Under the pieces are notes generated by a model. That model did no database searches. It had not been told where the DNA came from and saw nothing but the letters and a program-made list of their open reading frames with translations. From the NCBI GenBank assembly GCA_040901675.1, contig JBBDYJ010000031.1, positions 121,220 through 185,219 of the forward strand: a stretch of DNA of 64,000 nt. The letters run 5' to 3'. Source of the DNA: Pirellulales bacterium. GTDB taxonomy: Bacteria > Planctomycetota > Planctomycetia > Pirellulales > JAICIG01. The position numbers and the translations under genes are program-made. Below, piece by piece: positions 10,065 through 19,972 of the stretch (position 1 is the first letter of the stretch; every line of letters starts with the position of its first letter).

Positions 10065-11117
10065 ATGGCCGGTTTCCTGATCTATGGCGCGAATGGGTAT
10101 ACGGGAGGTTTGATTGCGCGGGAGGCGATCGCCAGAGGACATCGGCCGATCCTGGCGGGACGAAGTCAGCAGGCGGTCGAGGCCGCTGCAAACGACATGG
10201 GACTCGAGGGCCGAGTGTTCGGCCTGGACGATGCCAAGAACGTCGATGCAGCGATCCGGGACGTCGATGTCGTGCTGAACTGCGCGGGACCGTTTTCAAG
10301 GACAGCCGGGCCGCTGGTCGACACCTGCCTGCGGACTGCCAGGCACTATGTGGACATCACGGGCGAGGCGGCGGTGTTCGAGGCCGTGGCCGAGCGCGGC
10401 GAGGAGGCGAAGGCGGCGGGCGTCATGCTGATGCCCGGCGCCGGGTTCGACGTGGTGCCGTCCGACTGCCTGGCGGCCCATCTCAAGCGGCGGCTGCCGT
10501 CGGCGACGAAGCTGGCACTGGCGTTCCAGTTTCAAGGCCGCCTCTCGCGCGGAACGGCGCTGACGATGCTCGAAAACCTGCACGGCCGGGGGCTGGTGCG
10601 GATCGACGGAAAGCTGACGCGCGTGCCCGCGGCATGGAAAACGCGGACGATCGACTTCGGCGGCGGGCCGGTGAAAGCAGTGACTATCCCGTGGGGAGAC
10701 GTGGTGACCGCGTATTACAGCACCGGCATCGGGAATATCGAGGTCTACATGGCGGCGCCGCTCGTGCGCCGCTTGGCGATTCGGGCAACGCGGTACGTGG
10801 CGCCGCTGCTGCGCCGAGAGCTTGTGCGACGGCAACTGGAAAAGCGAATCCGGGCTGCACGGCCCGGACCATCGGACGCCGAGCGGGCACGCGGCGCGAG
10901 CTGGCTGTGGGGCGAAGTCTCGGACGACGGCGGCAACCGCGCCGTCTCTCGAATCCAAGGTCCGGAGGGATACACGTTGACGGCGCAAGCGGCAGTCGCC
11001 GTGATCCAGCGCGTGCTGGCCGGCGATGCGCCGGCAGGCTATCAGACCCCTTCGATGGCTTACGGACCGGACTTTGTGTTGACGCTGCCGGGGGTGGAGA
11101 GGAAGGCAGAAGGATGA
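10065..11117 (+). CDS. Saccharopine dehydrogenase-like NAD(P)-dependent oxidoreductase
   Basis: IYGANGYTG, LAGR, VLNCAGPF, HYVDITGE, GFDVVPSDC. Confidence 0.9.
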   Translation: MAGFLIYGANGYTGGLIAREAIARGHRPILAGRSQQAVEAAANDMGLEGRVFGLDDAKNVDAAIRDVDVVLNCAGPFSRTAGPLVDTCLRTARHYVDITGEAAVFEAVAERGEEAKAAGVMLMPGAGFDVVPSDCLAAHLKRRLPSATKLALAFQFQGRLSRGTALTMLENLHGRGLVRIDGKLTRVPAAWKTRTIDFGGGPVKAVTIPWGDVVTAYYSTGIGNIEVYMAAPLVRRLAIRATRYVAPLLRRELVRRQLEKRIRAARPGPSDAERARGASWLWGEVSDDGGNRAVSRIQGPEGYTLTAQAAVAVIQRVLAGDAPAGYQTPSMAYGPDFVLTLPGVERKAEG

Positions 11118-11162
11118 AGGCAGAAGGCAGAATGAAAAAGGATGAAGGCAGAAGGCAGAAGG
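11102..11162. repeat. Degenerate 7-nt tandem array (GAAGGCA/GAAGGAT)
   Basis: gaaggca gaaggat gaaggca gaaggca gaatgaa aaaggat gaaggca gaaggca gaagg. Confidence 0.8.
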
Positions 11163-11318
11163 AGAGTAAGAGCAGAGGGGACTCTTCTGTTCGGCAGGGC
11201 GGAAGCAGGTACGACGGGGCACCGAAGATGACGCTGCTGGGCAAGCCAGCAGTGGCACCCGAAGAGAAGCCCGTCGGAATGGAAAGTGCAAGCTGAAGTC
11301 GGGCCGAGCCAGATCGGA

Positions 11319-11434
11319 GGCCTGAAGTCTGGCGACTTCAGCTACGGAGAGGAGAACACCGGGCCTGAAGTCTGGCCACTTCAGCTACGGAGAGGAGAGC
11401 ATCGGGGGCCTGAAGCCGGGCGACTTCAGCTACG
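11319..11434. repeat. Three tandem REP-like hairpins (CTGAAGTCTGGCGACTTCAG-CTAC)
   Basis: Units start at 11319, 11362 and 11407; each is palindromic and reads GTAG-hairpin on the minus strand. Confidence 0.85.
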
Positions 11435-11515
11435 AGGCGCTGCGTTGACTTGCCAAGGGGCCTACCTAGAATAGCCTGACGTGTTCGCCCCACCGGCCGA
11501 CGGAGCAAGTCAGCC

Positions 11516-12280
11516 ATGCCGCACCGCTTTTTGACCGCTTTGCCCGTCTTCAACGAAGTCGATCACGTGGCCGGCGTGCTCGAAGAGGTCCAACGCTATA
11601 GCCCCCAAGTGCTTGTCGTCGACGATGGTTCGACCGACGGCACCGCCGGCGTGCTGCGAGAATGGAACCGCCGCGCGGACGCGGGGCCGGTCCAGGTGGT
11701 CACGCACCAGCGCAACCTGGGGTATGGTGCGGCCTTGCGATCGGCCTTCGAGTTCGCCCGCCAGAACGACTACAAGATCCTGGTGACGATCGACTGCGAC
11801 GGCCAGCACGAGCCGAAGCGGATCCCGCGTTTTGTGGCGGCCTCGGCCGGCTGGGACATTGTGTCGGGCAGCCGTTATCTGAAGCAGTATCGCGGCGACA
11901 GCCAACCGCCGGCCGAGCGGCGGCGGATCAACGAGGTGCTGACGGCTGAGTTGAACGCCCTCCTGGGATTGAACCTGACCGATGCCTTCTGCGGCTTTAA
12001 AGCGTACCGGGTGAAGGCGTTGGACCGGCTGTGCCTGAGCGAAAACGGTTATGCCATGCCGCTGGAATTGTGGGTGCAGGCCGCCGACGCCGGGTTGCGG
12101 ATTCGTGAATTGCCCGTTCCGCTGATCTACCTGGACGAGAGCCGGTCGTTCGGCGGCTCGCTGGACGACGCCGAGGTGCGGCTGGCGCATTATCGCGAGG
12201 TGCTGGCGCGGAGCATGGCGGCCGTCGAAAAGTGCGGCGCCGCGCCCGCCAAGGGAACTCCCTGCGGCGAGAGCGCCTGA
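11516..12280 (+). CDS. Glycosyltransferase family 2 (DPM1-like)
   Basis: LPVFNE, VVDDGSTDGT, NLGYGAAL, TIDCDGQH, IVSGSRY, TDAFCGFKAY. Confidence 0.92.
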   Translation: MPHRFLTALPVFNEVDHVAGVLEEVQRYSPQVLVVDDGSTDGTAGVLREWNRRADAGPVQVVTHQRNLGYGAALRSAFEFARQNDYKILVTIDCDGQHEPKRIPRFVAASAGWDIVSGSRYLKQYRGDSQPPAERRRINEVLTAELNALLGLNLTDAFCGFKAYRVKALDRLCLSENGYAMPLELWVQAADAGLRIRELPVPLIYLDESRSFGGSLDDAEVRLAHYREVLARSMAAVEKCGAAPAKGTPCGESA

Positions 12281-14007
12281 TGAACGGAGCTGGCGACACG
12301 GCCGCCGGGGCGTTGGTCGGCCGCGCCGGCGAAATCGATGACGTCAACCCCGCCGCCAGCCAACCGAAGTCAGTGAGCACTCTCGTTCAGCTCGACGGCG
12401 CCACGCTCGACTACCGGCCGCTCAAGGCGCCGCGCGAGGACAAGGCCGTCCTGATCGAGCCGCCGCTGGAGACCGCGGCCGCGCTCTTGGCCGAGCAGGC
12501 GCGACGGGAGCCGGAACGGTACGACGTGCAGGGGCGCGCGCTGGCCGATCTGGCGGCCGAGGCCCGCTCGCAGTTCATCGCCGAAGCGTGGCGGTATACG
12601 TCGAGTTACCGCGACGTCCCAGAGCCTCCGGCCGACGGACCGGTGCTGCTGGCCGGCCACCAGCCGCAGATGTTTCATCCGGGCGTCTGGTTGAAGAATT
12701 TTGCCTTGGGCTACCTGGCCGGGCGGCACGGCGGGACCGCCGTCAACCTGGTGATCGACGGCGACACGATCAAGAACGCCGCGATACGCGTGCCGGCTGG
12801 TTCGCCGGCAGAACCGTTCAGCCGCCTGGTGCCGTATGACGACCCGACGACCGAAATACCGTATGAAGAACGCGGCATCCAAAATGCCTCCACGTTCGAG
12901 AGCTTCGGGCGGCGGGCCGCCGAGGTCATTGCTCCGCTGGTGGCGGATCCGCTGGTCGAGCGATTCTGGCCGATGGTGGTCGGCCGCTCGCGCGAAACGG
13001 GCAACCTGGGCGAATGTTTGGCCCAGGCCAGGCACCAGCTCGAAGGCCGATGGGGCCTCTCGACGCTGGAGATGCCGCTGAGCCGGGTTTGTACGCTGGG
13101 GCCTTTTGCCTGGTTTTCGGCGCATTGGCTGGCGCAGCTTCCGCGGCTGCACGCCATCTACAACGACTCGGTGGCCCTCTATCGCCGCGTACACCGCATA
13201 CGCAGCTTGAACCATCCCGTCCCCGACCTGGCGGCCGACGGCGACTGGCTGGAAGCGCCGTTCTGGATTTGGACCAGCCGGCGGCCGCATCGGCGGCGGG
13301 TCTTTGCCCGGGCGCGCGGCCGCGAGACGCTGCTCACGGACCGCGAAGGGTTCGAACTGGCCCTGCCGCTGACCAGCGACGGCAACGGCGCCGCGGCGGC
13401 GGCTTGCCTGGCGGAGTTGCCCGGCCGTGGAATCCGGTTGCGGACGCGGGCCCTGGCCACCACCTTGTTTGCCCGCATGTTCCTGGGCGACCTGTTCCTG
13501 CACGGAATCGGCGGCGGCAAGTACGATCAACTCACCGACCTGATCGTCCGCCGTTTCTTCGGCATTCGGCCGCCGCCCTGGATGGTGCTGTCGGCCACGC
13601 TGCACTTGCCGGTCCCGCGGCCGCCGGCCTGCGAGCATGACGCCCGCGGGGCGGCCCAGCGACTGCGAGAGTTGACCTATCATCCGGAGCGGCATGTGGC
13701 GCTCGACCAACTGCGGCCCAGCGACGTCTCCGCGGTGGAGCGGCTGATTGCAACCAAGCGCCAGTGGATCGAAACCGAGCCGACGCCGGCCAACGCCCGC
13801 CGGCGTTGCCGGGAGATCCGGGCGGTCAACGAAGCGCTGCAGGCTTGGGTCGAACCGCTGCGCCGGCATTGGCTTGCGGAGCACGATCGGCTGGTCCAAT
13901 CCGGGCGCGCGCTGGCCACGTTGAACTGGCGCGAATACGCCTTCTGCTTGTACCCTGAAAAAACTTTGCGGGATTTTTTGCTGGATTTTCCTCCCGGCGG
14001 GACGTAG
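12280..14007 (+). CDS. Conserved hypothetical protein, remote BshC-like ligase candidate
   Basis: TGATG overlap with the GT2 gene; LLAGHQPQMFHPGVWLKN and LFLHGIGGGKY resemble BshC GQQ/GHQ and YVGGPGE motifs; C-terminal coiled coil ending NWREY. Start may be GTG ~12373. Confidence 0.6.
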   Translation: MNGAGDTAAGALVGRAGEIDDVNPAASQPKSVSTLVQLDGATLDYRPLKAPREDKAVLIEPPLETAAALLAEQARREPERYDVQGRALADLAAEARSQFIAEAWRYTSSYRDVPEPPADGPVLLAGHQPQMFHPGVWLKNFALGYLAGRHGGTAVNLVIDGDTIKNAAIRVPAGSPAEPFSRLVPYDDPTTEIPYEERGIQNASTFESFGRRAAEVIAPLVADPLVERFWPMVVGRSRETGNLGECLAQARHQLEGRWGLSTLEMPLSRVCTLGPFAWFSAHWLAQLPRLHAIYNDSVALYRRVHRIRSLNHPVPDLAADGDWLEAPFWIWTSRRPHRRRVFARARGRETLLTDREGFELALPLTSDGNGAAAAACLAELPGRGIRLRTRALATTLFARMFLGDLFLHGIGGGKYDQLTDLIVRRFFGIRPPPWMVLSATLHLPVPRPPACEHDARGAAQRLRELTYHPERHVALDQLRPSDVSAVERLIATKRQWIETEPTPANARRRCREIRAVNEALQAWVEPLRRHWLAEHDRLVQSGRALATLNWREYAFCLYPEKTLRDFLLDFPPGGT

Positions 14008-14057
14008 TCTACTGGTCGTGATGGATCGATCACGACAAGCTGAAGGGATTCGAGCTG

Positions 14058-15407
14058 ATGCGCCGAGCGCCTCCCGCCGCGCACGCTAAGCGGGGCCATC
14101 GGCAGTCCGCCCCATCTCAGGCCGTCGGCGAGCCGGCCGAGCAAGGCCCTGGCGTCCGCCTGGTTGCCGCCCGCGCCGGCGACCACACCGCCATCCACCA
14201 GTTTCTCACCGCGGTATTCCAGGGTCCTACCCGCGACGGCTTCCATTCGTCGCTCGACGATCCCTTTTACGAGCCGCACGACCGGCTGGTCGTCAAGCGG
14301 GGCGGGCGAATCATTTCGCACTTGCAGCTCACGCAGCGGGTGATGTGCCTGGGCAGCGCGCGTTTGCCGGTGGCCGGACTGCACTGGCTGGGCACGTTGC
14401 CCGAGTTCCGCCGCCAGGGCCATGCCCGGCAGTTGCTGGAGGCGGCCGAGAGCGTCATGGCGGACAACCACACGCTGCTGAGCGTTTTGACCACCCGCGA
14501 ACCGCGGTTTTTTTCCTCGCTGGGTTGGGCGGTTTGCGGCCGGCAAAGCCAGGCCAGGGCCGGCAGCCGCGACCTGTTGGCCCAGCTCTCCGTCCGGGGC
14601 CTGCCTCCGGCCGAGCAGCCCCTGACCATCCGTCCCTGGCGCCAGGTTGAGTTGCCCGCCCTGATGCGGCTCTACCAGGAGAATACGGCGACCGCGGCGG
14701 GTCCATATCAGCGGAACGAGGCCTACTGGCGATGGCTGATCAGCCGCAAGGAGTTCGACCAGGTTTGGGTGGCCGTGGAGGGACCCGACCGGCTGGAGCT
14801 CGACTTCGCCGGCTCGCAGGTAGTGGGCTACGCCGTGACCAGAGACGACCGCGTGATCGAGCTGCTCACCGCGGCCGACCATCCGACCGCGGCCGAGCAG
14901 TTGCTCGCCCGGGCGTGCAGCGAGGCGATCGAGCGCGATCAGCACTCGATCTCGCTGTCGGTCCCTCCGGGCGACCGGCTGTTCGATTTGTTCCAGACGG
15001 CCGGCGGCACGCTGCACCAGGCCGAAGCCTTCCAGGGCGAAGTGCAGATGATGAAGCTGATCGACCCCCGGCGCTTGCTGCGGGCGATGGCGGCCGAGCT
15101 GCACCGCCGGGCCGTTTGCGCCGGTTTGGCGCGCCGCTGCGAACTGGGTTTGCAGGTCGACGCTCAGAAGTACCACCTGGTTGTTTCACGCCGCAGCGTT
15201 CAAGTGCGGCCGCATCGACTGGGCCGCAGCTACTTGACGCTGAGCATGCCTGAGTTGACGCGCCTGGTGGTCGGGCACCTCGACGTCGGCGAGAGCATCG
15301 AGACGGGGCGCGTGGCCGCCTCGACTCGCCTGGCGGGCGAAATCGCCCAGGTGCTGTTTCCGCGGTTGCCCCTGTGGCGGCCGTCGCTGGACGATCTGGT
15401 GAGCTGA
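14058..15407 (+). CDS. Eis-like GNAT acetyltransferase (tandem GNAT plus SCP2-like C-terminus)
   Basis: LPVAGLHWLGTLPEFRRQGHARQLL acetyl-CoA motif; RNEAYWRW; VVGYAV; C-terminal ELTRLVVG...LFP. Confidence 0.8.
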   Translation: MRRAPPAAHAKRGHRQSAPSQAVGEPAEQGPGVRLVAARAGDHTAIHQFLTAVFQGPTRDGFHSSLDDPFYEPHDRLVVKRGGRIISHLQLTQRVMCLGSARLPVAGLHWLGTLPEFRRQGHARQLLEAAESVMADNHTLLSVLTTREPRFFSSLGWAVCGRQSQARAGSRDLLAQLSVRGLPPAEQPLTIRPWRQVELPALMRLYQENTATAAGPYQRNEAYWRWLISRKEFDQVWVAVEGPDRLELDFAGSQVVGYAVTRDDRVIELLTAADHPTAAEQLLARACSEAIERDQHSISLSVPPGDRLFDLFQTAGGTLHQAEAFQGEVQMMKLIDPRRLLRAMAAELHRRAVCAGLARRCELGLQVDAQKYHLVVSRRSVQVRPHRLGRSYLTLSMPELTRLVVGHLDVGESIETGRVAASTRLAGEIAQVLFPRLPLWRPSLDDLVS

Positions 15408-15549
15408 GGGACGGGCGAAGACGTTCCTCGCGAATGACTGGGGCATCCCGGCGCGCCGGGACTTGCCCCCGGGCACACCCCTGGGGGGGGAACGACAAGG
15501 AGACAAGGCGACAAGGGGACAAGGCGAACGCGGCGGAATACGGACGAAG

Positions 15550-15584
15550 ACTGGGGCACGCTTATCGCTTTGCCCCAGGCACCC
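15550..15584. repeat. Internal hairpin fragment of the 108-bp MITE family
   Basis: ACTGGGGCACGCTTATCGCTTTGCCCCAGGCACCC is the reverse complement of the core of the element at 45340. Confidence 0.8.
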
Positions 15585-15631
15585 GGGGCAGAGGGCGGAC
15601 GGCACACGGAGTGTGCCTGCTACTTTGGGCG

Positions 15632-16906
15632 TCACATCTCCAGGAACGGCACGGGCACGAGGAAGGCGTGCTGCTCGTAGAGGCTGCCCACGCCGTACCA
15701 GGAGGTGAACTGCGTGAAATAGACGAAGAAGACGTACACGGCCGCCACGCCAACCATGGCCGGCTTGACCGGCAGCCGCAACAGCCAATGGCGGTTGCGG
15801 GGGCGGCGCATGGCGTAACCGGTGGCCCAGCCGGTCACCAGCCGCGCCGGCAGGATGAACAGCACAAACACCAGGCTCGGCAGCCAGGCGGCCTCGCGCG
15901 GCAAAAGCTCGATCTTCAACAGGTACAGCGGCAGTGCGAACGAGAGCGTCACCAGCAGGGCCAACAGGAAGGCCAGCGGTGCTTTGCGGTACAGCGCCCG
16001 GACGGCGGCCCCCTCGAACATGGCGCGGAACCGGTTTTCGGCGGCGAATCGGGTCTGCGCGAAAGGCAGGTACAAGAGCACCCATACCAGCCCGGCGGCG
16101 CCCAGGAACCCCAGGATCGGCACTTGCTGAGCGGCCGCGAGCATGGTGATCGGCACGAACAACCAGGCCAGGCCGCCCACGAAGCCCCGCAATCCCAACC
16201 AGAAATAGTACGGCAGCCGCAAGCCGACCACGAAGTGCCAGACCGCATCGCGCGCCCGGGGCGCTGGCTCCTCGTCAGCCGAAAACAGGCGGCGCACTGC
16301 CCGCCCTACTCGGCCGATCAGATGGAACGGCGCGGGTCGCAGAAAGTGCCGCAGCTTCCCGCCACGCCAGCAGGCGTCGACGACCTGAATCACGACGAGC
16401 GTGGTCAGCACGATTAACGCAACCGACCAGGCCCGGTCCGCCTTGCCGCCTGGCTCGATCAGCCGAGCCGAGGCGGCCATCGAAGAGACAAACCGGACCG
16501 GCAGCAACAGCAGCCACGTGCCCAGCACGATGCCGCCCAGCCTGGCTGCCTTGCGCACGCCGACGAACCCGGCCGCCAGCCGCCCGGTCCGTGCGATGCG
16601 TCCGCTCGATTCCAGCAGGTATCCGAGGCTGAGCAATCCCAGCAGAGGGTAAGTGGCCAGGACGGATAGTGCCAGCACGATTGAAACCAGGCCGAACAGC
16701 CACTCGGCCGCCGAGCAAATCGTGTCCCACGCGCGCCTGGCCAGTCCCGGCCGGCGCAGGCCGGGCGCAGCGACCAGCTCGGCCGTTATCACCTCCGGCC
16801 CGCCGATTTCGAGCGTGATAAGAGACGCAGTCACCGCCAACAATCCTCCAGCACCTCCAGCAATCCTCCGAGGGCGGTTCGCGAACCGGCCGGCAATCTT
16901 GGCCAA
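15632..16906 (-). CDS. Multi-pass membrane hypothetical protein (start uncertain)
   Basis: About 8 hydrophobic segments; LGYLLESSGR; C-terminal YEQHAFLVPVPF. Confidence 0.75.
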   Translation of the reverse strand: MAKIAGRFANRPRRIAGGAGGLLAVTASLITLEIGGPEVITAELVAAPGLRRPGLARRAWDTICSAAEWLFGLVSIVLALSVLATYPLLGLLSLGYLLESSGRIARTGRLAAGFVGVRKAARLGGIVLGTWLLLLPVRFVSSMAASARLIEPGGKADRAWSVALIVLTTLVVIQVVDACWRGGKLRHFLRPAPFHLIGRVGRAVRRLFSADEEPAPRARDAVWHFVVGLRLPYYFWLGLRGFVGGLAWLFVPITMLAAAQQVPILGFLGAAGLVWVLLYLPFAQTRFAAENRFRAMFEGAAVRALYRKAPLAFLLALLVTLSFALPLYLLKIELLPREAAWLPSLVFVLFILPARLVTGWATGYAMRRPRNRHWLLRLPVKPAMVGVAAVYVFFVYFTQFTSWYGVGSLYEQHAFLVPVPFLEM

Positions 16907-17050
16907 TTCTTCGCTCTCCGATACGAAGTACCCTGGAATTGGGCCGCCGGTGTCGCCGCGCAGGGGAAATAATGTTGAAAATCGGCCCCGCTGCGGCGGG
17001 TATTATTGATGATTCGCGCTGCGAGGGGCTGGGCGGGGAGAAATAACACG

Positions 17051-18661
17051 ATGTGGGCGCGTAACCTCTTATTCTTCGGCATTTGCGCCATCGGCGTGGC
17101 GGCCTTAGCGGCAGGCCTGTCCCCCGCCCAGAAGCCCATGCGCCTTGTGGTTCGTCCGGCCGACGGTCTGGGGCCGGCTATCCAGCAACTGAACGCGAGC
17201 CTCCAGGCCGAGTGGTCGGCCCGCGGGCTGGCACCGGCTGCACGCGCCGATGAAGCGGCACTTGCCCGGCGGTTATCGCTGGCCTTGCTGGGCACGATTC
17301 CCTCCTTGGAGGAGTTGCGGGCACTGGAGCAACAGCCTGCCGCGACGCGTCTGGATTGGTGGCTGGGGGGCATTCTCGCCGATGCCCGGCACCACGACTA
17401 CCTGGCCGAGCGGCTGGCAAGGGCTTACGTCGGGGTCGAAGATGGGCCGTTCATCATCTATCGCCGCCGCCGGTTCGTGGCCTGGCTATCGGACCAGTTG
17501 CGCGGCAACCGGCCCTACGACCAGGTCGTGCGGGATTTGATCACCGACAGCGGCCTGTGGACGGATCGTCCGGCCACCAACTTCGTCACGGTCACGGTCA
17601 ATCCGGACGGCGGGCAGGGGCCGGACGAGAGCAAGCTGGCGGCTCGGGTGTCGCGGGCCTTCCTTGGAGTGCGGATGGACTGCGCCCAATGCCACGATCA
17701 TCCGTTCGAGAGTTGGAAACAGGGCGACTTCCACGGGTTGGCTGCCTACTTCGGTCAAACGCAGCAGACGTTCACCGGCATACGCGACCGGGACGGCATT
17801 TACCAGTTCGAGAACCCCGAGTCGGGCGAGTTGGAGACGGTGCAGCCTGGCGTTCCTTTCCAGCCTGAGTTGCTGAGGGCAGGCGGTACGCTCCGCGAGC
17901 GCCTCGCCGGCTGGGTCACGCACCCCGACAACCTGGCCTTCAGCCGGGCCATCGCCAACCGTATCTGGGCGCTCGTGATGGGTCGGCCGCTGGTCGAGCC
18001 GATCGACGATATTCGCCCGGACGACGAGGTTCCCCCCGTGCTCGACCTGCTGGCCCGGGACTTCGCCGCTCACGGCTACGACCTGCGGCGGCTGATCCAG
18101 TTGATCGTGGCCAGCCAGGCCTTCCAGCTCGACAGCCGCGCCGACCCAGCCGACCCGGCGGCCGAGATCACACCGGCTCATGAAGAAGCCTGGGCGGCCT
18201 TCCCGATCACCCGGCTGCGGCCCGAGCAGGTCGTGGGAGCCGTGCTGCAATCCGCTTCGCTGGAGACGATCGACCACAATTCGCACATTTTCGTCCGCAT
18301 CGGCCGCTCGATTGCCGAGAGCGAGTTCGTCCAACGCTATGGCGACGAGGGAGAAGAAGAATTTCGGCCGCAAGGAGGCACGATTCCCGAACGCCTGCTG
18401 ATGATGAACGGGGGCCTGGTGGGCAACAAGACCGAGGACAACATCTTCGCCAACGCGGTCACGCGGATAGCGGCCCTGGCGAGCAGCGACGGCAAAGCGG
18501 TTGAAACCACGTACCTGGTGGTGCTGTCGCGGCGTCCGACGCCCGAAGAGGCCCGCTACTTCACGAGCCAGCTTGCCGTGGACAAACCGCAGCGCCGCCA
18601 GCGGCTGGAAGACCTGTACTGGGCACTGCTCAATTCGACGGAGTTTTCATGGAACCATTGA
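17051..18661 (+). CDS. DUF1549/DUF1553 protein
   Basis: LARRLSLALLGTIPS, NRPYDQ, FLGVRMDCAQCHDHPF, FSRAIANRIW, LEDLYWALLNSTEFSWNH. Confidence 0.9.
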   Translation: MWARNLLFFGICAIGVAALAAGLSPAQKPMRLVVRPADGLGPAIQQLNASLQAEWSARGLAPAARADEAALARRLSLALLGTIPSLEELRALEQQPAATRLDWWLGGILADARHHDYLAERLARAYVGVEDGPFIIYRRRRFVAWLSDQLRGNRPYDQVVRDLITDSGLWTDRPATNFVTVTVNPDGGQGPDESKLAARVSRAFLGVRMDCAQCHDHPFESWKQGDFHGLAAYFGQTQQTFTGIRDRDGIYQFENPESGELETVQPGVPFQPELLRAGGTLRERLAGWVTHPDNLAFSRAIANRIWALVMGRPLVEPIDDIRPDDEVPPVLDLLARDFAAHGYDLRRLIQLIVASQAFQLDSRADPADPAAEITPAHEEAWAAFPITRLRPEQVVGAVLQSASLETIDHNSHIFVRIGRSIAESEFVQRYGDEGEEEFRPQGGTIPERLLMMNGGLVGNKTEDNIFANAVTRIAALASSDGKAVETTYLVVLSRRPTPEEARYFTSQLAVDKPQRRQRLEDLYWALLNSTEFSWNH

Positions 18662-19968
18662 ACAGTGAGCCGTTGGTCAGCCCCTTTCAATGCGAGGCTC
18701 GTCCGGCAAGGGGCCTCTCGCGCCGCGGCCTGTTGCAGTTGGCCGGAGGGTTTGCCGGCGTGTCGTGGTTGACTCCGCTGGCCGAGCTGCTGGCCGAACA
18801 GGTCGAGGGCAGGCACGCCGGGCGTCCGGCCCAGTCGCTGATCCTGCTGTGGCTGGCGGGCGGCCCCAGCCAGTTGGAAACGTTCGATCCGCACCCGCGC
18901 AGCAGGATCTCGGGCGGCACCAAGTCGATTGAGACCGCGGTCAAAGGCATTCAGCTCGCCGAGGGCCTTGAGCGGCTGGCCGAACAGATAGCGCATGCCT
19001 CGATCATCCGCTCGCTGACGAGCAAGGAGGGAGACCACGAGCGCGGGACGTACATGGTCAAGACCGGCTACCGCCCTGACCCAACGGTGGTTCATCCCTC
19101 GATCGGCGCCATCTGCTGCCATCAGTTGCCCCGGGGCAAGACGGAGATTCCCCGCCATGTCTCTATCCTGTCCAGCCAATGGCCGGGCATCGGCGGCCTG
19201 CTCGGCAAGCAATACGACGCGTTCAAGACCTACGACCCGGCGCAGCCGGTGCCCGACGTGGCGTCGCTGGTCCCCGAAGATCGTTTTGCCCGCCGCCTGG
19301 CCGATCTGAACCGGGTGGAAGAAGCATTTGCCCGCGGACGCCGCAAGCTGGCCGAGGGCACGCGGCACCGGCCGACCATCGACAGCGCCCGCGCGATGAT
19401 GAGCTCCGAGCAACTGGCGGCCTTCGACGTCAGCCAGGAGCCCTCCGCCGTGCGGCGATCGTACGGCGATACGCCGTTCGGCCGGGGCTGCCTGGCCGCG
19501 CGGCGGCTGATCGAGGTGGGCGTGCGCTGCGTCGAGGTGACACTGGCCGGATGGGACAGCCACGTGAACAACCACGAGATCCATCGCGGCCTGGTGCGCA
19601 CGCTCGATCCGGCGATCAGCGGGCTACTGGCCGACCTCGCCGGCCGCGATCTGTTGGATCGGACGATCGTCGTTTGCGGCGGAGAGTTCGGCCGCACGCC
19701 GCAGATCAATCTGGCCGCCGGCCGCGATCACTGGCCGCACGGTTTCAGCATGCTGGTGGCCGGCGGCGGCCTGCGAGCCGGCCAGGTGATCGGAGCCACG
19801 GACCCTGAAGGCGGCCGCGAAGTGCAGGATCCGTACGAGGTGGCCGACCTGCACGCGACCGTGCTGACGGCGTTAGGGATCGATCCGACGCACGAGGAGC
19901 TGGCGCCGGTCGGCCGGCCCATCAAGTTGAGCGAGGGCCGGCCGATCCGGCAATTGCTGCCCGGTTGA
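18649..19968 (+). CDS. DUF1501 family protein with Tat signal
   Basis: SRRGLL; ILLWLAGGPSQLETFDPHP; GWDSH; GEFGRTP; GRDHW; overlaps the upstream gene. Confidence 0.92.
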   Translation: MEPLNSEPLVSPFQCEARPARGLSRRGLLQLAGGFAGVSWLTPLAELLAEQVEGRHAGRPAQSLILLWLAGGPSQLETFDPHPRSRISGGTKSIETAVKGIQLAEGLERLAEQIAHASIIRSLTSKEGDHERGTYMVKTGYRPDPTVVHPSIGAICCHQLPRGKTEIPRHVSILSSQWPGIGGLLGKQYDAFKTYDPAQPVPDVASLVPEDRFARRLADLNRVEEAFARGRRKLAEGTRHRPTIDSARAMMSSEQLAAFDVSQEPSAVRRSYGDTPFGRGCLAARRLIEVGVRCVEVTLAGWDSHVNNHEIHRGLVRTLDPAISGLLADLAGRDLLDRTIVVCGGEFGRTPQINLAAGRDHWPHGFSMLVAGGGLRAGQVIGATDPEGGREVQDPYEVADLHATVLTALGIDPTHEELAPVGRPIKLSEGRPIRQLLPG

Positions 19969-19972
19969 GTCG

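Noticed and set aside
11319..11434. Possible CRISPR array (three ~37-bp palindromic repeats)
   Set aside because: Intervening sequences are only about 6-8 nt, there are no cas genes, and the GTAG-hairpin form fits REP elements.
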